A DNA stretch of 64,000 nucleotides from an uncultured Desulfobacter sp. (GTDB lineage Bacteria; Desulfobacterota; Desulfobacteria; Desulfobacterales; Desulfobacteraceae). Where the stretch lies: the NCBI GenBank assembly GCA_963665095.1, contig OY762069.1, forward strand, positions 6,144,001 through 6,208,000, given 5' to 3'. The position numbers were made by a program, and so were the translations under genes. The notes beneath the pieces are model-generated. The model made no database searches. It was not told the origin of the DNA and saw nothing but the letters and a program-made list of their open reading frames with translations. Within the stretch, counting starts at the first letter, position 1. The number at the start of each line of letters is the position of its first letter. Shown here piece by piece: positions 1-9,910 of the stretch.

Positions 1-1005
1 AATCACAGCCCCCCTCAGAGGAAAGGCCACCCGGCCCTGGATATCGGCCTTGCGGCCTTCATATATGGCCACAAACTGGGGATTTCTGGCAATGAGCTGG
101 GAGTTGCATACCCAGTCAATGCCCTGGAACTCCACCAGGGGGTTTTTATGCAGCCATTTCATGAGCTCTTTGGTGCCAAGAGCATAAGACGCCAGGGATT
201 TGCCCCGGAACGGGGATTTAAGGTGATTGGTTACTGCCCCGGAATTGACCAGCTCCGCTGCCGCATCTGTAAAATACAGGGAGTGGATGCCCAGATCCTT
301 TTTGTCCGACAAAAAAGGTACCAGCGCCTCAAACAGAGGCCCGGGCGCATAGTTGATGCAGTCCCCGTCCCGGATGACCGTGGCCACATTGGCCGCCACT
401 TTTTTCATCACATCCGTCACAGGGGCCGGCTCATAGGTGATGGGGTCCCGGTCTGAACGCACCAGCAGGTCAAACTGCTCTATGGAGACAAAGGTATCGC
501 CGTAGGTGAACGGCATCCGCTCATTGACCTCGCCCACCACCAGCGTGGCCTTGTCCATCACTTCCCTTGCCACATCCACGGCCAGACCCAGGCTGCAGTA
601 CCCGGCATCATTGGGGGGCGTGATCTGGATAAAGGCGACGTCCACGGCAATCCTGCGTGATTTGATAATTTCCGGAATTTCAGACGAGTAGGCGGGAATC
701 AGATCCACCTGGCCTTCACAGATGGTGTCCCAGGCCACATACCCGCCGGAAAAAAAGGTTTTCAGGCGATAATTGGGAGCGTTGAGGCGGTCAATGGTGA
801 GAATGGTTTCCCCCTGGACAGCCAGCTGTACCAACTCAAGATCCCTGATATTATGGGTATCCACATCCAGCAGGGTGCGAATGAGTCTTCTCGGGGCAGC
901 CGGCCCTGTGCCGATGAAAACCGTCATGCCCGGCCGGATATGGTTTAAAACAGTGTCCGGTGCTACCAGATGGCTTTCCCAGTTGGTTACATCTATCTGC
1001 GACAT
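1..1005 (-). CDS. Acetyl-CoA hydrolase/CoA-transferase family protein (runs off window start)
   Basis: Not in the ORF track; translated by hand from ATG 1005 (AAGGAGG RBS upstream): MSQIDVTNWESHLVAPDTVLNHIRPGMTVFIGTG...DVAFIQITPPNDAGYCSLGLAVDV...VGEVNERMPFTYGDT...DLGIHS, typical AcetylCoA_hydro motifs. Confidence 0.88.
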   Translation of the reverse strand, partial: MSQIDVTNWESHLVAPDTVLNHIRPGMTVFIGTGPAAPRRLIRTLLDVDTHNIRDLELVQLAVQGETILTIDRLNAPNYRLKTFFSGGYVAWDTICEGQVDLIPAYSSEIPEIIKSRRIAVDVAFIQITPPNDAGYCSLGLAVDVAREVMDKATLVVGEVNERMPFTYGDTFVSIEQFDLLVRSDRDPITYEPAPVTDVMKKVAANVATVIRDGDCINYAPGPLFEALVPFLSDKKDLGIHSLYFTDAAAELVNSGAVTNHLKSPFRGKSLASYALGTKELMKWLHKNPLVEFQGIDWVCNSQLIARNPQFVAIYEGRKADIQGRVAFPLRGAVI

Positions 1006-1089
1006 GATGCCTCCTTGACAGGTTGCAGGGGAAAAAAATTACTCACGAAGTGAATATTCTAACTGTTGTAACAGCAACGACGACTTGAA

Positions 1090-3339
1090 TCAAGCCTGTG
1101 CCGGCGAATCGGTGCAGGGAAGTGCAGGCAGTTTTATAGTAAAGGTGGTTCCCTTGCCCGGGGATGAATTCACAGTCAATTTGCCCTTGTGGGTGTCCAC
1201 CACAATAAAATAAGATACGGACAATCCAAGTCCTGTGCCTTTGTCCACCGGCTTGGTGGTAAAAAAAGGTTCAAAAATGCGGCGGCGGATATGCTCAGGA
1301 ATTCCCGGCCCGTTGTCCTGAATTTCAACACAGGCCATCTCTTTGTCCATGAAAAAACGGAATATGAACTGGGGTGGTGCTTTGTCCGGATCTGTGTGAT
1401 TTTCCATGGCCTGGGCACCGTTTTTCAGGATATTGAGCACAACCTGCTGGATCATGCTTTTTTCACACGGTACGGCCGGCAGATCATCCAGGACCATTGT
1501 TTTCATCTCAATGGATTTAAACCGCTGGCTGCCGCCTGCAGAATAGTCATTCTGCAGCAGGGAAATAGTCGAGTCCACAATATCGAAAAGTGAATGACAG
1601 CTTTTTTCCCCGGTCTGGCTTCTTGAAAAGGAGAGCATATTATCAACCACCTTGGCTGCCCGAAGTCCAGCGTCCTCAGCCAGATCCATCATATATAATA
1701 GTTTGCGGTCCTCCATGTACTGCACAAGCCGGTCAAAAGGAATACCATGCTTTCGGGCCGCCTCCAGGTTTGCCGGAAGGGGGTTGGACAGCCTGTTTTT
1801 AATAACCTGCAGGCTTTGAATCATTCCGCCCAGGGGGTTATTGATTTCATGGGCCAGGCCCGCAGCAAGTCCGCCCACAGACATCATTTTTTCTGACTGG
1901 ATCATCATCTCCCTGACCCGGGTCTGCTCTGTGATGTCGTTGATCTGGATGACTGCACCGGGTGTTGTGATGGATGTTAAAGGAAAGGTGATAATGTCAA
2001 CAATCAGGTCACGGTTATTGATGGACAGTTCCTGTTTTTCCCGTCGCTGAATCCGGCCGGTTTCCATGGCTCTGGAGAAATCCTTATATAAAGAAGTTAT
2101 ATCCTTAAGCAGGCTGGTCAGGTTTTGCCCGGATGCACGATGGGCTGGAGTACCGGTGAGAACATGGGCACCATGGTTCCAGTGGGTTATTTCAAAATCA
2201 CGGTCCACGGCAATGATACTGCAGGGCATTGAGTTGATTATATTTTTTACAAAATTTTTTGCCCCGCGCAGGGCATTTTCCCCCTCTTTCTGGTGAGTAA
2301 TGTCCCTTAAAACCACCAGCCATCCGCTTTGAACCTGGTGCGGGCTTCTTAAGGGCGCTATGCGCACATGCCAGTGTCGGGTACTTTTTGTATTTGTCGG
2401 ATGAGCGGTTAACGCCATCGTGACATCAAACTCCCTGGCAGTGTTGCCCCTGGATTTACAGACAAGCTGGTAAATCTGGGGGGAGAACGAACTTAGTAAA
2501 GTGCGTTCTTCAGGAAAATGTTCCAGACATAACGCCTGCACACATGCCCGGTTCACCTTGGCAATACGGTCCTGCATGTCCAGAACAATAACAGGATCAC
2601 CTAAACCGTCCATCACAGCTTCCCGGGCAAGGGGAATCAGGCGGAGCAGGTGGTAGCGGAAAAGGGCGAGAACAAAGCAGAGGCTGGAGATGATAAAGGA
2701 TATGGGCGTCAACTCAATATAGGTCATTGCCTCCGGTCCGAAGAAAAAGGAGCTGTTTATCAGCCAGGGGGCAAAAATGGCCCCGAGCATGAGCGCTCCC
2801 TGTTTTCTTTGAATGGGATTGGAAGAAGTCGAATATCGGATCAGATAGATAATACTGGCAGTTAACAGGGCATAGGCCCATGCCAGATAGATGCTGAAGA
2901 ACCATCCCCGCTCAAAGGAAATGGATACCAGCCCGGGCAGATAAATCAGGCGGGCATCTGCCCATACCAGATGATGGATGTGGTTGGTCAGTGTTGCCGT
3001 GATGACCAGTGCCGCCCATAGCCACAAAAAGTACATGACCCGCCTGTGAGCGGATGTGTAGTAATTTGTGGTGACAAGCACGAAATGGAACAGCAGCACA
3101 GGAATTGTAACAAATCCCAGAGATTTTATCTTGACCCATAACAGCTTGACTGCAAAGTCCGGGCACAGCAGCTGCCCGCCATAGGCACAACTCCACACAA
3201 CCGTTCCCATCAGTAGAAAAAAAAGACTTCTTGCCTGAATGTTGCGCCAGTGATGAACCAGGTAAGCGGAGAGCCACAGGTTTGCCAGCCCGGCAATGAC
3301 AGCAATGCTGCCGAATAGTAAATTCCAGCTCAAGAACAC
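1090..3339 (-). CDS. Membrane sensor histidine kinase (7TM N-terminus, two PAS domains, HisKA/HATPase)
   Basis: Hydrophobic N-terminus, PAS-like segments, H-box AHEINNPL, DNGPGI, FEPFFTTK, GTGLGL. Confidence 0.92.
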   Translation of the reverse strand: MFLSWNLLFGSIAVIAGLANLWLSAYLVHHWRNIQARSLFFLLMGTVVWSCAYGGQLLCPDFAVKLLWVKIKSLGFVTIPVLLFHFVLVTTNYYTSAHRRVMYFLWLWAALVITATLTNHIHHLVWADARLIYLPGLVSISFERGWFFSIYLAWAYALLTASIIYLIRYSTSSNPIQRKQGALMLGAIFAPWLINSSFFFGPEAMTYIELTPISFIISSLCFVLALFRYHLLRLIPLAREAVMDGLGDPVIVLDMQDRIAKVNRACVQALCLEHFPEERTLLSSFSPQIYQLVCKSRGNTAREFDVTMALTAHPTNTKSTRHWHVRIAPLRSPHQVQSGWLVVLRDITHQKEGENALRGAKNFVKNIINSMPCSIIAVDRDFEITHWNHGAHVLTGTPAHRASGQNLTSLLKDITSLYKDFSRAMETGRIQRREKQELSINNRDLIVDIITFPLTSITTPGAVIQINDITEQTRVREMMIQSEKMMSVGGLAAGLAHEINNPLGGMIQSLQVIKNRLSNPLPANLEAARKHGIPFDRLVQYMEDRKLLYMMDLAEDAGLRAAKVVDNMLSFSRSQTGEKSCHSLFDIVDSTISLLQNDYSAGGSQRFKSIEMKTMVLDDLPAVPCEKSMIQQVVLNILKNGAQAMENHTDPDKAPPQFIFRFFMDKEMACVEIQDNGPGIPEHIRRRIFEPFFTTKPVDKGTGLGLSVSYFIVVDTHKGKLTVNSSPGKGTTFTIKLPALPCTDSPAQA

Positions 3340-3557
3340 ACCTTTGATCTGCTGCTTTGCATCTGTTTGAAAAATGTACTTTTCATGTTTATTACGGCAA
3401 GGATATCCTAAAAATTAATTTCAGGCCATTCTGACGTATTAAAAAAAATTTTCAAACCTTTTTCTAACCATGAGATAACCGATTCTTAAATATATTTTGC
3501 GTCAGTACCGGGTCCAGCAGCTGAACCGGCAGCATGAACGTCCCGCCCTGGAACTGA

Positions 3558-4157
3558 ATGACCACCCTGAAATCGTTCTATAAGTTGTTCTGGGTCATTG
3601 AGGTGACCGTTTTAAGTGTGCTCCGCCTGACCATGTCTGTGGTGGCAAACGGATGGAGCCCGGCCCTGGTGGCCGGCCATGCCAGACGGTGGGCGGCTGC
3701 GCTGGTCCACGGACTTGACATCAGAATCGAAACCAGTGGGCCAATACCTGATCACGGGGCACTGGTGGTCTCCAATCATAGGTCCTACCTTGATATTGTG
3801 GTGGTGTTTCCCGAAGGCACCACCACTGCCGGACCTGGGCTTTTGCCCTTTAAAAACGGTATTTTTCATCTGGCTTGCAAAAAGGATATTCCGGTTGTGC
3901 CTGTGGCGGTCAGCTACGAAAACCCAAAGGCCGCCTGGATCGGGGATGATTTCTTTTTGCCCCATTTCCTTGAAATTTTTAAAACGTCACCCTTAAAGGC
4001 ACGCTTAAGTTTTGGACCGGAGATCCGGGAAGAAAACGGCGACATTCTTAAAGCCACTGCCCATTCAAGCATTCAGCACCAGCTTCATGCAATGCAATCA
4101 GCACCGTCATCTATTCAGCTGCCTGCCATGAAAAACCTAAGGCCCTGCGGCCCATAA
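3558..4157 (+). pseudogene. Lysophospholipid (PlsC-like) acyltransferase with an in-frame internal deletion
   Basis: Motif NHRSYLD is followed after only IVVV by FPEGTT; the segment normally between them, including block II, is missing. Confidence 0.7.
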
Positions 4158-4935
4158 TAATTCCGTCAAATACTGTTCTGGCAGAGGCATACCCTGCCGC
4201 ACCGGCACACACCATCAAGGGCAGCAGATGCTCCTGGCGGGGGTGGCAGTGCAGGGCGCCCGGCGCCCGGTCCCAGTGCATCAGGTTCGCCTTTTGCTGC
4301 TCAGGTGTGCACTGCTCATTGGCACAGGTCTCTGTCAGCCAGTCCTGGAAAGCCTGATTATCCTGGTCCGGGTCTGCGCCAGCCGTCTGTCCGGATCCCA
4401 AGTCAAAGCCGCGCATGTTATGAAAGGAGAATCCGGAGCCAAGAAGCCAGATATTTTCTTCAAGCAGGGGTGTCAGGGCCTCTCCGACCAGAAGATGCTC
4501 CTGTGAATCAAGGCTTGCGCAAAGGGAGATCTGGATACATGGGATATTGGCTTCCGGCAGCATCAGGGTCAGCGGGATAAACACCCCATGGTCAAAGCCC
4601 CGTTTTTCATCCGTTCTTGCTTTGATGCCGGATGCCATGAGCAGATCAGCGGCTTTACGGGCCAACTCGGGATGGCCCGGTGCCGGATATTGAATTTCAT
4701 AACTCTTCTGGGGAAATCCGTAATAGTCATAAATCAAATCCGGCATGGCATGGCTGGTGACTACGGGAATATCCATTTCCCAGTGGGCAGAAATAATCAC
4801 CACGGCCCGGGGCCGTGGCAGGGTTTTGCCAATCTTTTTTAAAAACGCATTCATGGCGTCGTGGCCGGTATGCCCGAGAAGCGGCAACGGCCCACCGCCA
4901 TGGGGAATATAGATAATGGCGCTGTCTGCTGTCAT
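4111..4935 (-). CDS. LigB/DODA-type extradiol ring-cleavage dioxygenase
   Basis: IPHGGGPLP, SAHWE, YDYYGFP, RGFDHG, GSGFSFHN, HPRQEH motifs; start moved to MTADSA (ATG 4935). Confidence 0.88.
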   Translation of the reverse strand: MTADSAIIYIPHGGGPLPLLGHTGHDAMNAFLKKIGKTLPRPRAVVIISAHWEMDIPVVTSHAMPDLIYDYYGFPQKSYEIQYPAPGHPELARKAADLLMASGIKARTDEKRGFDHGVFIPLTLMLPEANIPCIQISLCASLDSQEHLLVGEALTPLLEENIWLLGSGFSFHNMRGFDLGSGQTAGADPDQDNQAFQDWLTETCANEQCTPEQQKANLMHWDRAPGALHCHPRQEHLLPLMVCAGAAGYASARTVFDGIIMGRRALGFSWQAAE

Positions 4936-4972
4936 GGTTTTTTCCTTTTTTTGATGTGATTTGTCATATTTT

Positions 4973-5845
4973 TTAATAGCCCATCCCGAACATCCACAGT
5001 GGAATCTGTTTTGGCGGACCTGTTTCAATATCATCAGACACCACATAAGCATTGGGCTGGTCACCAAGTTGTCCTGAGGTTTTATGGGCCCCGCCGATTT
5101 CAAATATATATTTGTCATCTACGATAAAATCGCCCCGGTGATGATAATGGACCTGATGGCCGGAGGATAGTTGGGAGACAAAAAAGGCTTCACGCAGTGT
5201 TCCCGTGTTGGGTGACGCACAAAGAACCTGAAACAGATTGGGGTTGTTCAACAGCAGTTTATCAGGTTTGTTCACCGCACGCATTCCCGTCCCCCCCCGA
5301 ACCATGTGGATCAGGCTGCCAGCCTGCATCCGTTCCAGATATCTGGATAATGTGGGCCAGGATGCGCCTACAGCACTGCTCAGTTTTGATTTGTTCAATT
5401 CTGCAGGCGGGGTGACACACAGCATGTAAAGGATTTTTTTGAGCTTGTCGAGCTTGGCCGGCTCAATGTTGTAAAGGGTGCAAAGGTCGGAATCAATGGT
5501 GGTCTTGACCACCTCCAGAAGTTTCTGGGTATAGTCCTGGATGGATTCGGTGAAAAAGGGGTAGGCCCCGTAATTCAAATATTTTCTGAAACATTCAATG
5601 GGGCGGATTTTTTCACACACCATGGCTGATATGGCCTGATGGTTAAAAACTATGTCTTCCAGGCAGTGGGCTTCCAAAGAAAGCCCGGATTCCATCTCTA
5701 TGAATTCACGCAGGGAGAGAACAGGAAGCGTATGAATAACTGCTCTTCTTGAAAGATCAGATAACTCGTGATCTATACGCAGGGCCGAAGAACCGGAGAA
5801 AATAATCTTTAAATCAAAGGTATCACGGATGGCCTTTAATTCAAA
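4973..5845 (-). pseudogene. 5'-truncated AAA+ ATPase (AAA_14/DUF4143-like)
   Basis: Frame extends upstream of the called ORF (ELKAIRDTFDLKIIFSGSSALR...DLSRRA...LSLREF) to a stop near 5878, with no Walker A/B; C-terminal DFIVD...FEIGG typical of the family. Confidence 0.75.
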
Positions 5846-5903
5846 AATGCATTTTATAACAAAGATGGTTTTGTATCAACTTTATCTTATATAGATATCT
5901 TTT

Positions 5904-7376
5904 TTAATTGGTCTGATCACCGGCCCCTTGCAAAGGCAGGTTCTGCTGTCTTGGCGAAAGGGTAAATTTGACCCGTACCTTTTTAAATTTGTCATCAGGT
6001 TTGAGGGTGGCAGGACTCATCACCAGGGGAATGGTGATAAAACCGGAGGTTTTTAAATTTTCCAGGGGGATTTTTTCGGTAAAAACCGTGGTCACGCTCT
6101 CCAGGGCCAGTTCGCCGCCAGAGACCTCAACGCTGGGCGGGATCAGCTCAACATCGGTCATGATCATATCGTCTGGCAGCTTTCCGGACCAGTCCGCCTG
6201 AACCGGCAGAAGTTTTGCCGTCAGGGCGTCAAGGGTTACCTCAACCTGATCCGGTTCAATCTGTTTCAAACGAATGCCCGGGGGCAGTACCACATTGTCA
6301 CTGGCAATGGTAAACTGGTTTTTGCCAGCACCAGCACCTGCAAGGGAGATTTTAATGCTCATATGATCCAGGTTCAATGCGTTCACCAGAGGTCTTGCAC
6401 CACTGATCAAAAGTTTTGCCCTGGAGGCGGAGGCATCAATAATGCTCATTTTGGGGTCCGGGTTCATCAGCTCGATGGGGACTTCATAATTTGCAAGGGT
6501 CTCTATCCCCCTGGAAAAGCTAAGCCACAGGCCGGTGGTGCATAAAAGGCAGATAAGGGCTGCGGTGAGCAGTTCCCAGGTCTGGCGGCCAAAGCCTTTA
6601 TCTGATTGTGGCCCGCCGGTATGTTGCTGGATCAGGTTTTCCATCTGCTGGGGATCTCTGACCTCCTGAATCTGGCTCTCTTTAACCAGGGAGACCCTGC
6701 CCCGTTCCTCTGATACCACAATCACCAGGGCATCGGTCTGTTCGGTGAGGCCTAAGGCAGCCCTGTGACGCGTGCCGTATTTGGATGCCAGATACCGGTT
6801 CTGGGACAAAGGAAGGATGGTGGCGGCACGGGTAATTTTCCCCCGCTGGATGACCACGGCCCCGTCATGCAGCGGGGTATCCGGCCAGAAAATATTGACC
6901 AGCATCTCCCGGCTCAGCTGGGCATTGATATCCACCCCGGAGGAGATAATATTGTCCACCCCGGTTTTTAAAGGCAGCACAATCAGGGCACCGATTTTTG
7001 CTTTGGCCATCTCCTGGGCCGCATCGGCAATGATGCGCATGGGGGTATTGATCTGGGGCCTGGGTATCCGCCACAGAAAGTATCTCAGGCTGCGGGTCCG
7101 GATCACCCCGGAAATTTCATTCCTGAATACAATGATAATGATGAAGGTGGCAACGGTGATTACGCCCTGCATGACCCAGTTGGTAATCACCAGGCCCATG
7201 GCATTGGCAATGCGTCCGATAACCCACATTACCACCACCGCCATGATCACGCGCAGGACATTGGTGCCGCGGAACAGTACATAAAGCCGGAACAGAATAT
7301 AGGCGTTGAAAACAATATCCAGAATATCCTGCCAGCGCCATCCTGAAAAAAGTATTGCCAGCTGTTCCATAGGCAT
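5904..7376 (-). CDS. cdaA: Diadenylate cyclase, CdaA-type DAC fused to YbbR (CdaR-like) domains
   Basis: 3 N-terminal TMs, HDGA and GTRHRAALG motifs, VVSEERG, then a TM and YbbR-like beta-rich repeats. Confidence 0.88.
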   Translation of the reverse strand: MPMEQLAILFSGWRWQDILDIVFNAYILFRLYVLFRGTNVLRVIMAVVVMWVIGRIANAMGLVITNWVMQGVITVATFIIIIVFRNEISGVIRTRSLRYFLWRIPRPQINTPMRIIADAAQEMAKAKIGALIVLPLKTGVDNIISSGVDINAQLSREMLVNIFWPDTPLHDGAVVIQRGKITRAATILPLSQNRYLASKYGTRHRAALGLTEQTDALVIVVSEERGRVSLVKESQIQEVRDPQQMENLIQQHTGGPQSDKGFGRQTWELLTAALICLLCTTGLWLSFSRGIETLANYEVPIELMNPDPKMSIIDASASRAKLLISGARPLVNALNLDHMSIKISLAGAGAGKNQFTIASDNVVLPPGIRLKQIEPDQVEVTLDALTAKLLPVQADWSGKLPDDMIMTDVELIPPSVEVSGGELALESVTTVFTEKIPLENLKTSGFITIPLVMSPATLKPDDKFKKVRVKFTLSPRQQNLPLQGAGDQTN

Positions 7377-7801
7377 CAGTCAGAAATACTGAATCTTAGG
7401 GTTTTTATGATATTGTTGGCGTCATCCCGTATTTCCACCCGCCAGGGGCCTTTGTCTGCTTCCCGCATCTGAACCTTTGAAAAGCAGGACCACTTGGGCA
7501 CGGAAAGTTTCAGCCGCATGGAGAAAATCAGCTTGTCCCGTTTGTACCAGTCATGAAAAATCTGTGTATTTTCATTGACCGGATCAAATCCTGTATAGCA
7601 GAACACCTCTCCCTGGGACACGGAGAACAGAACAGCGGGATTTGCAGGCTGAAAATTGATGATCTGTTCGCACATGACAGATTCCGCCAGAACCATTTTG
7701 GGCTGGTCTGCCAGACTGCCGGCGGCAGGCAGAAACACCCCTGCAAACAAAATAAAAGCCAGCGTTACGCCGGCTGAAAATGTAAAAGAAGTTTTGGTCA
7801 T
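7376..7801 (-). CDS. Exported DUF2914-like protein
   Basis: Signal peptide; FCYT...HDWY...WS...GPWRVEI pattern; overlaps the DAC start. Confidence 0.7.
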   Translation of the reverse strand: MTKTSFTFSAGVTLAFILFAGVFLPAAGSLADQPKMVLAESVMCEQIINFQPANPAVLFSVSQGEVFCYTGFDPVNENTQIFHDWYKRDKLIFSMRLKLSVPKWSCFSKVQMREADKGPWRVEIRDDANNIIKTLRFSISD

Positions 7802-7822
7802 GACAGTGGTATTAACTTATCT

Positions 7823-8479
7823 TTATTTGATCAATGCGCATACAGAGCCGGAAATGACACTTTTTACTATTTTAGATGCCGCGCCCGCATCTGCGGCAAA
7901 GCCGTCCGCACCGATCTCTTCGGCAAAGGCCTGGGTCACAGGGGCCCCGCCCACAATGATTTTTACCTGCTCTCTTAAGCCTGCTTCAACAATGGCATCC
8001 ACCGTCTGCTTCATCACCGGCAGGGTGGAGGTTAACAGGGAAGAGAGGCAGACCACCCGGGCCTGTTTCTCCTTGATTTCGGCAACAAAATCCTCAGGAG
8101 CAATATCCACACCCAGATTATGGACCGTCATACCGGTATTTTCCAGAGTCGTGGCCACCAGGTTTTTACCTATATCATGGAGATCTCCCTGAACAGTTCC
8201 GATGACAACACTGCATTCCTCACCAGTGCCTTCATCTGTCAGAAGGGGGTCTAAAATTTCCATGCAGGCGCCCATGGCCTGGGTGGCCATGAGTACATCC
8301 GGAATAAACATTTCTGCCTTTTCCATCTTTTCTCCAACAATATCCATTCCGGCAATCAATCCCTGTTTCAGGATATCGGCAGCCGGTACACCCTTTGAAA
8401 CTGCCTGGCGTACCATCTGTTCAAGTGCTGCCTGATCGCAGCGGACCAAGGCATCATTCATTGCTTTGAAATCTGCCAT
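7823..8479 (-). CDS. Corrinoid (B12-binding) protein, MtmC/MtbC-like
   Basis: N-terminal cap (GLIAGMDIVG...FIPDVL), GDLHDIGKNLV, SSLLT, VGGAP. Confidence 0.92.
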   Translation of the reverse strand: MADFKAMNDALVRCDQAALEQMVRQAVSKGVPAADILKQGLIAGMDIVGEKMEKAEMFIPDVLMATQAMGACMEILDPLLTDEGTGEECSVVIGTVQGDLHDIGKNLVATTLENTGMTVHNLGVDIAPEDFVAEIKEKQARVVCLSSLLTSTLPVMKQTVDAIVEAGLREQVKIIVGGAPVTQAFAEEIGADGFAADAGAASKIVKSVISGSVCALIK

Positions 8480-8587
8480 TTTTTAGACTCTCCTGTCCAT
8501 CTTCCCGTCTTTCGTTATCTGCACTTAAAAAATACCAGAAAACTATATACCGGTTAAAAATAAAATGAAAGGCAGGAAAAACAGAAT

Positions 8588-9736
8588 TTACATCGTTCGT
8601 CTTAGTTCCAGCGCGTCTTCGTTTTCCGGGTCTAAACGAAGCACTTCAGACAGAAAGTCGTCTGCCTGAATAATTTTTCCCTTGGAAAAATAGATATGGG
8701 CAATTCTGAGCTTGGTCTGTATGGGTTCAATCATATTTTTATTCGCTTCAAGGTAGTATTCAAGAGCTTTTTCATCATCTCCAAGGGCCTCATAGATCTG
8801 GCCTGCCTTAAAATGCAGGCCGTGATTTCCCGGAAAATCTTTAAGCAGGTTTGTCAAAAGCTCTTTTGCAAATTCCTTTTCGCCGTTTGCCACACACAGG
8901 TCAAGAATTTTTTCCTTGATTTCCAGGTGTTTTTCCAGTTTGTTCACCAGCTTTGAAAGCAGGGTAACGGCAAGGTCGTTCTGCTGCATTTTTAAAAGGC
9001 TGATACCCTCCTCAATGGTGTGGTCGTTGAACCGGTTGGTCAGGGAGAGCACTTCGCAGGAGTATCTTACTGCTTTCATCCACTCTTTTTTCTTCCAGTA
9101 ATATTGGGACAGCATATGGCGGGTAACGGCGTCCTGAAGGTTTTCCGCAGCCGCTTCAAGAAGACAGCGCTCCATATCTTCCACCCTGCCGGCCTTGCCG
9201 TACAGCACCCCGAGGTTGCGTTTCAGGCGGGAGGCATGGGGCTTTAGCTTAACCGCCCGCTCCTGGCAGACAATGGCCAGGTCCAGTTTGTCTGATTCAT
9301 CAAGGGTTCTTGCTTTTCTGACAAGCAGGGTGGCATCATCCGGCGCATTGGCCTTTTCCACTGCTGCGCGGATTTTTTCTTCCAGCATCACCGGGGTCAG
9401 GGGTTTGAGCAGGTAGCCGTCCACCTCAATCTCTGCCACTTCATAGACCACATCGCGTTCACACTCCGCTGTCACCATGAGCACAGGCATATCCCTGAAC
9501 CGGGGCTCTGCACGGATGGCATCCAGCATCTGTGCCCCGTTCATCACCGGCATTTTCCAGTCCACAATGGCAAGGTCTATACGGGTTTCATGCAGAACTC
9601 GCAGGCCATCCTTGCCATTTTCGGCCACATAAATATCCTTGCCGATATTGATATTTCTCAGGGTCTTTTTGATAATGGTACGCATACTTTTCAGATCGTC
9701 TACTATCAGTACGGACATATTTTCCATGTCAATCAT
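8588..9736 (-). CDS. Response regulator with C-terminal TPR repeats
   Basis: LIVDD, DWKMPVMNG, MVTAE, KP receiver motifs, then helical TPR-like repeats. Confidence 0.88.
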   Translation of the reverse strand: MIDMENMSVLIVDDLKSMRTIIKKTLRNINIGKDIYVAENGKDGLRVLHETRIDLAIVDWKMPVMNGAQMLDAIRAEPRFRDMPVLMVTAECERDVVYEVAEIEVDGYLLKPLTPVMLEEKIRAAVEKANAPDDATLLVRKARTLDESDKLDLAIVCQERAVKLKPHASRLKRNLGVLYGKAGRVEDMERCLLEAAAENLQDAVTRHMLSQYYWKKKEWMKAVRYSCEVLSLTNRFNDHTIEEGISLLKMQQNDLAVTLLSKLVNKLEKHLEIKEKILDLCVANGEKEFAKELLTNLLKDFPGNHGLHFKAGQIYEALGDDEKALEYYLEANKNMIEPIQTKLRIAHIYFSKGKIIQADDFLSEVLRLDPENEDALELRRTM

Positions 9737-9910
9737 AAGAGCAGCCCCGTGATCATGAGTAACAAGATGTAAATTCGATTAATTTTTTGAAATTAGAATC
9801 CAAATTAAATATTCATACCATGCTCATCCTATCCAAATCAATATTTATTGGGAATTAGAACAGAACCCTGATCCCGGGCCGACAGGCCGGTGAGCTGTTT
9901 GTTTTGACCC

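Noticed and set aside
148..1018. Plus-strand ORFs here and the many antisense ORFs elsewhere in the track
   Set aside because: Shadows of well-supported genes on the opposite strand or frame
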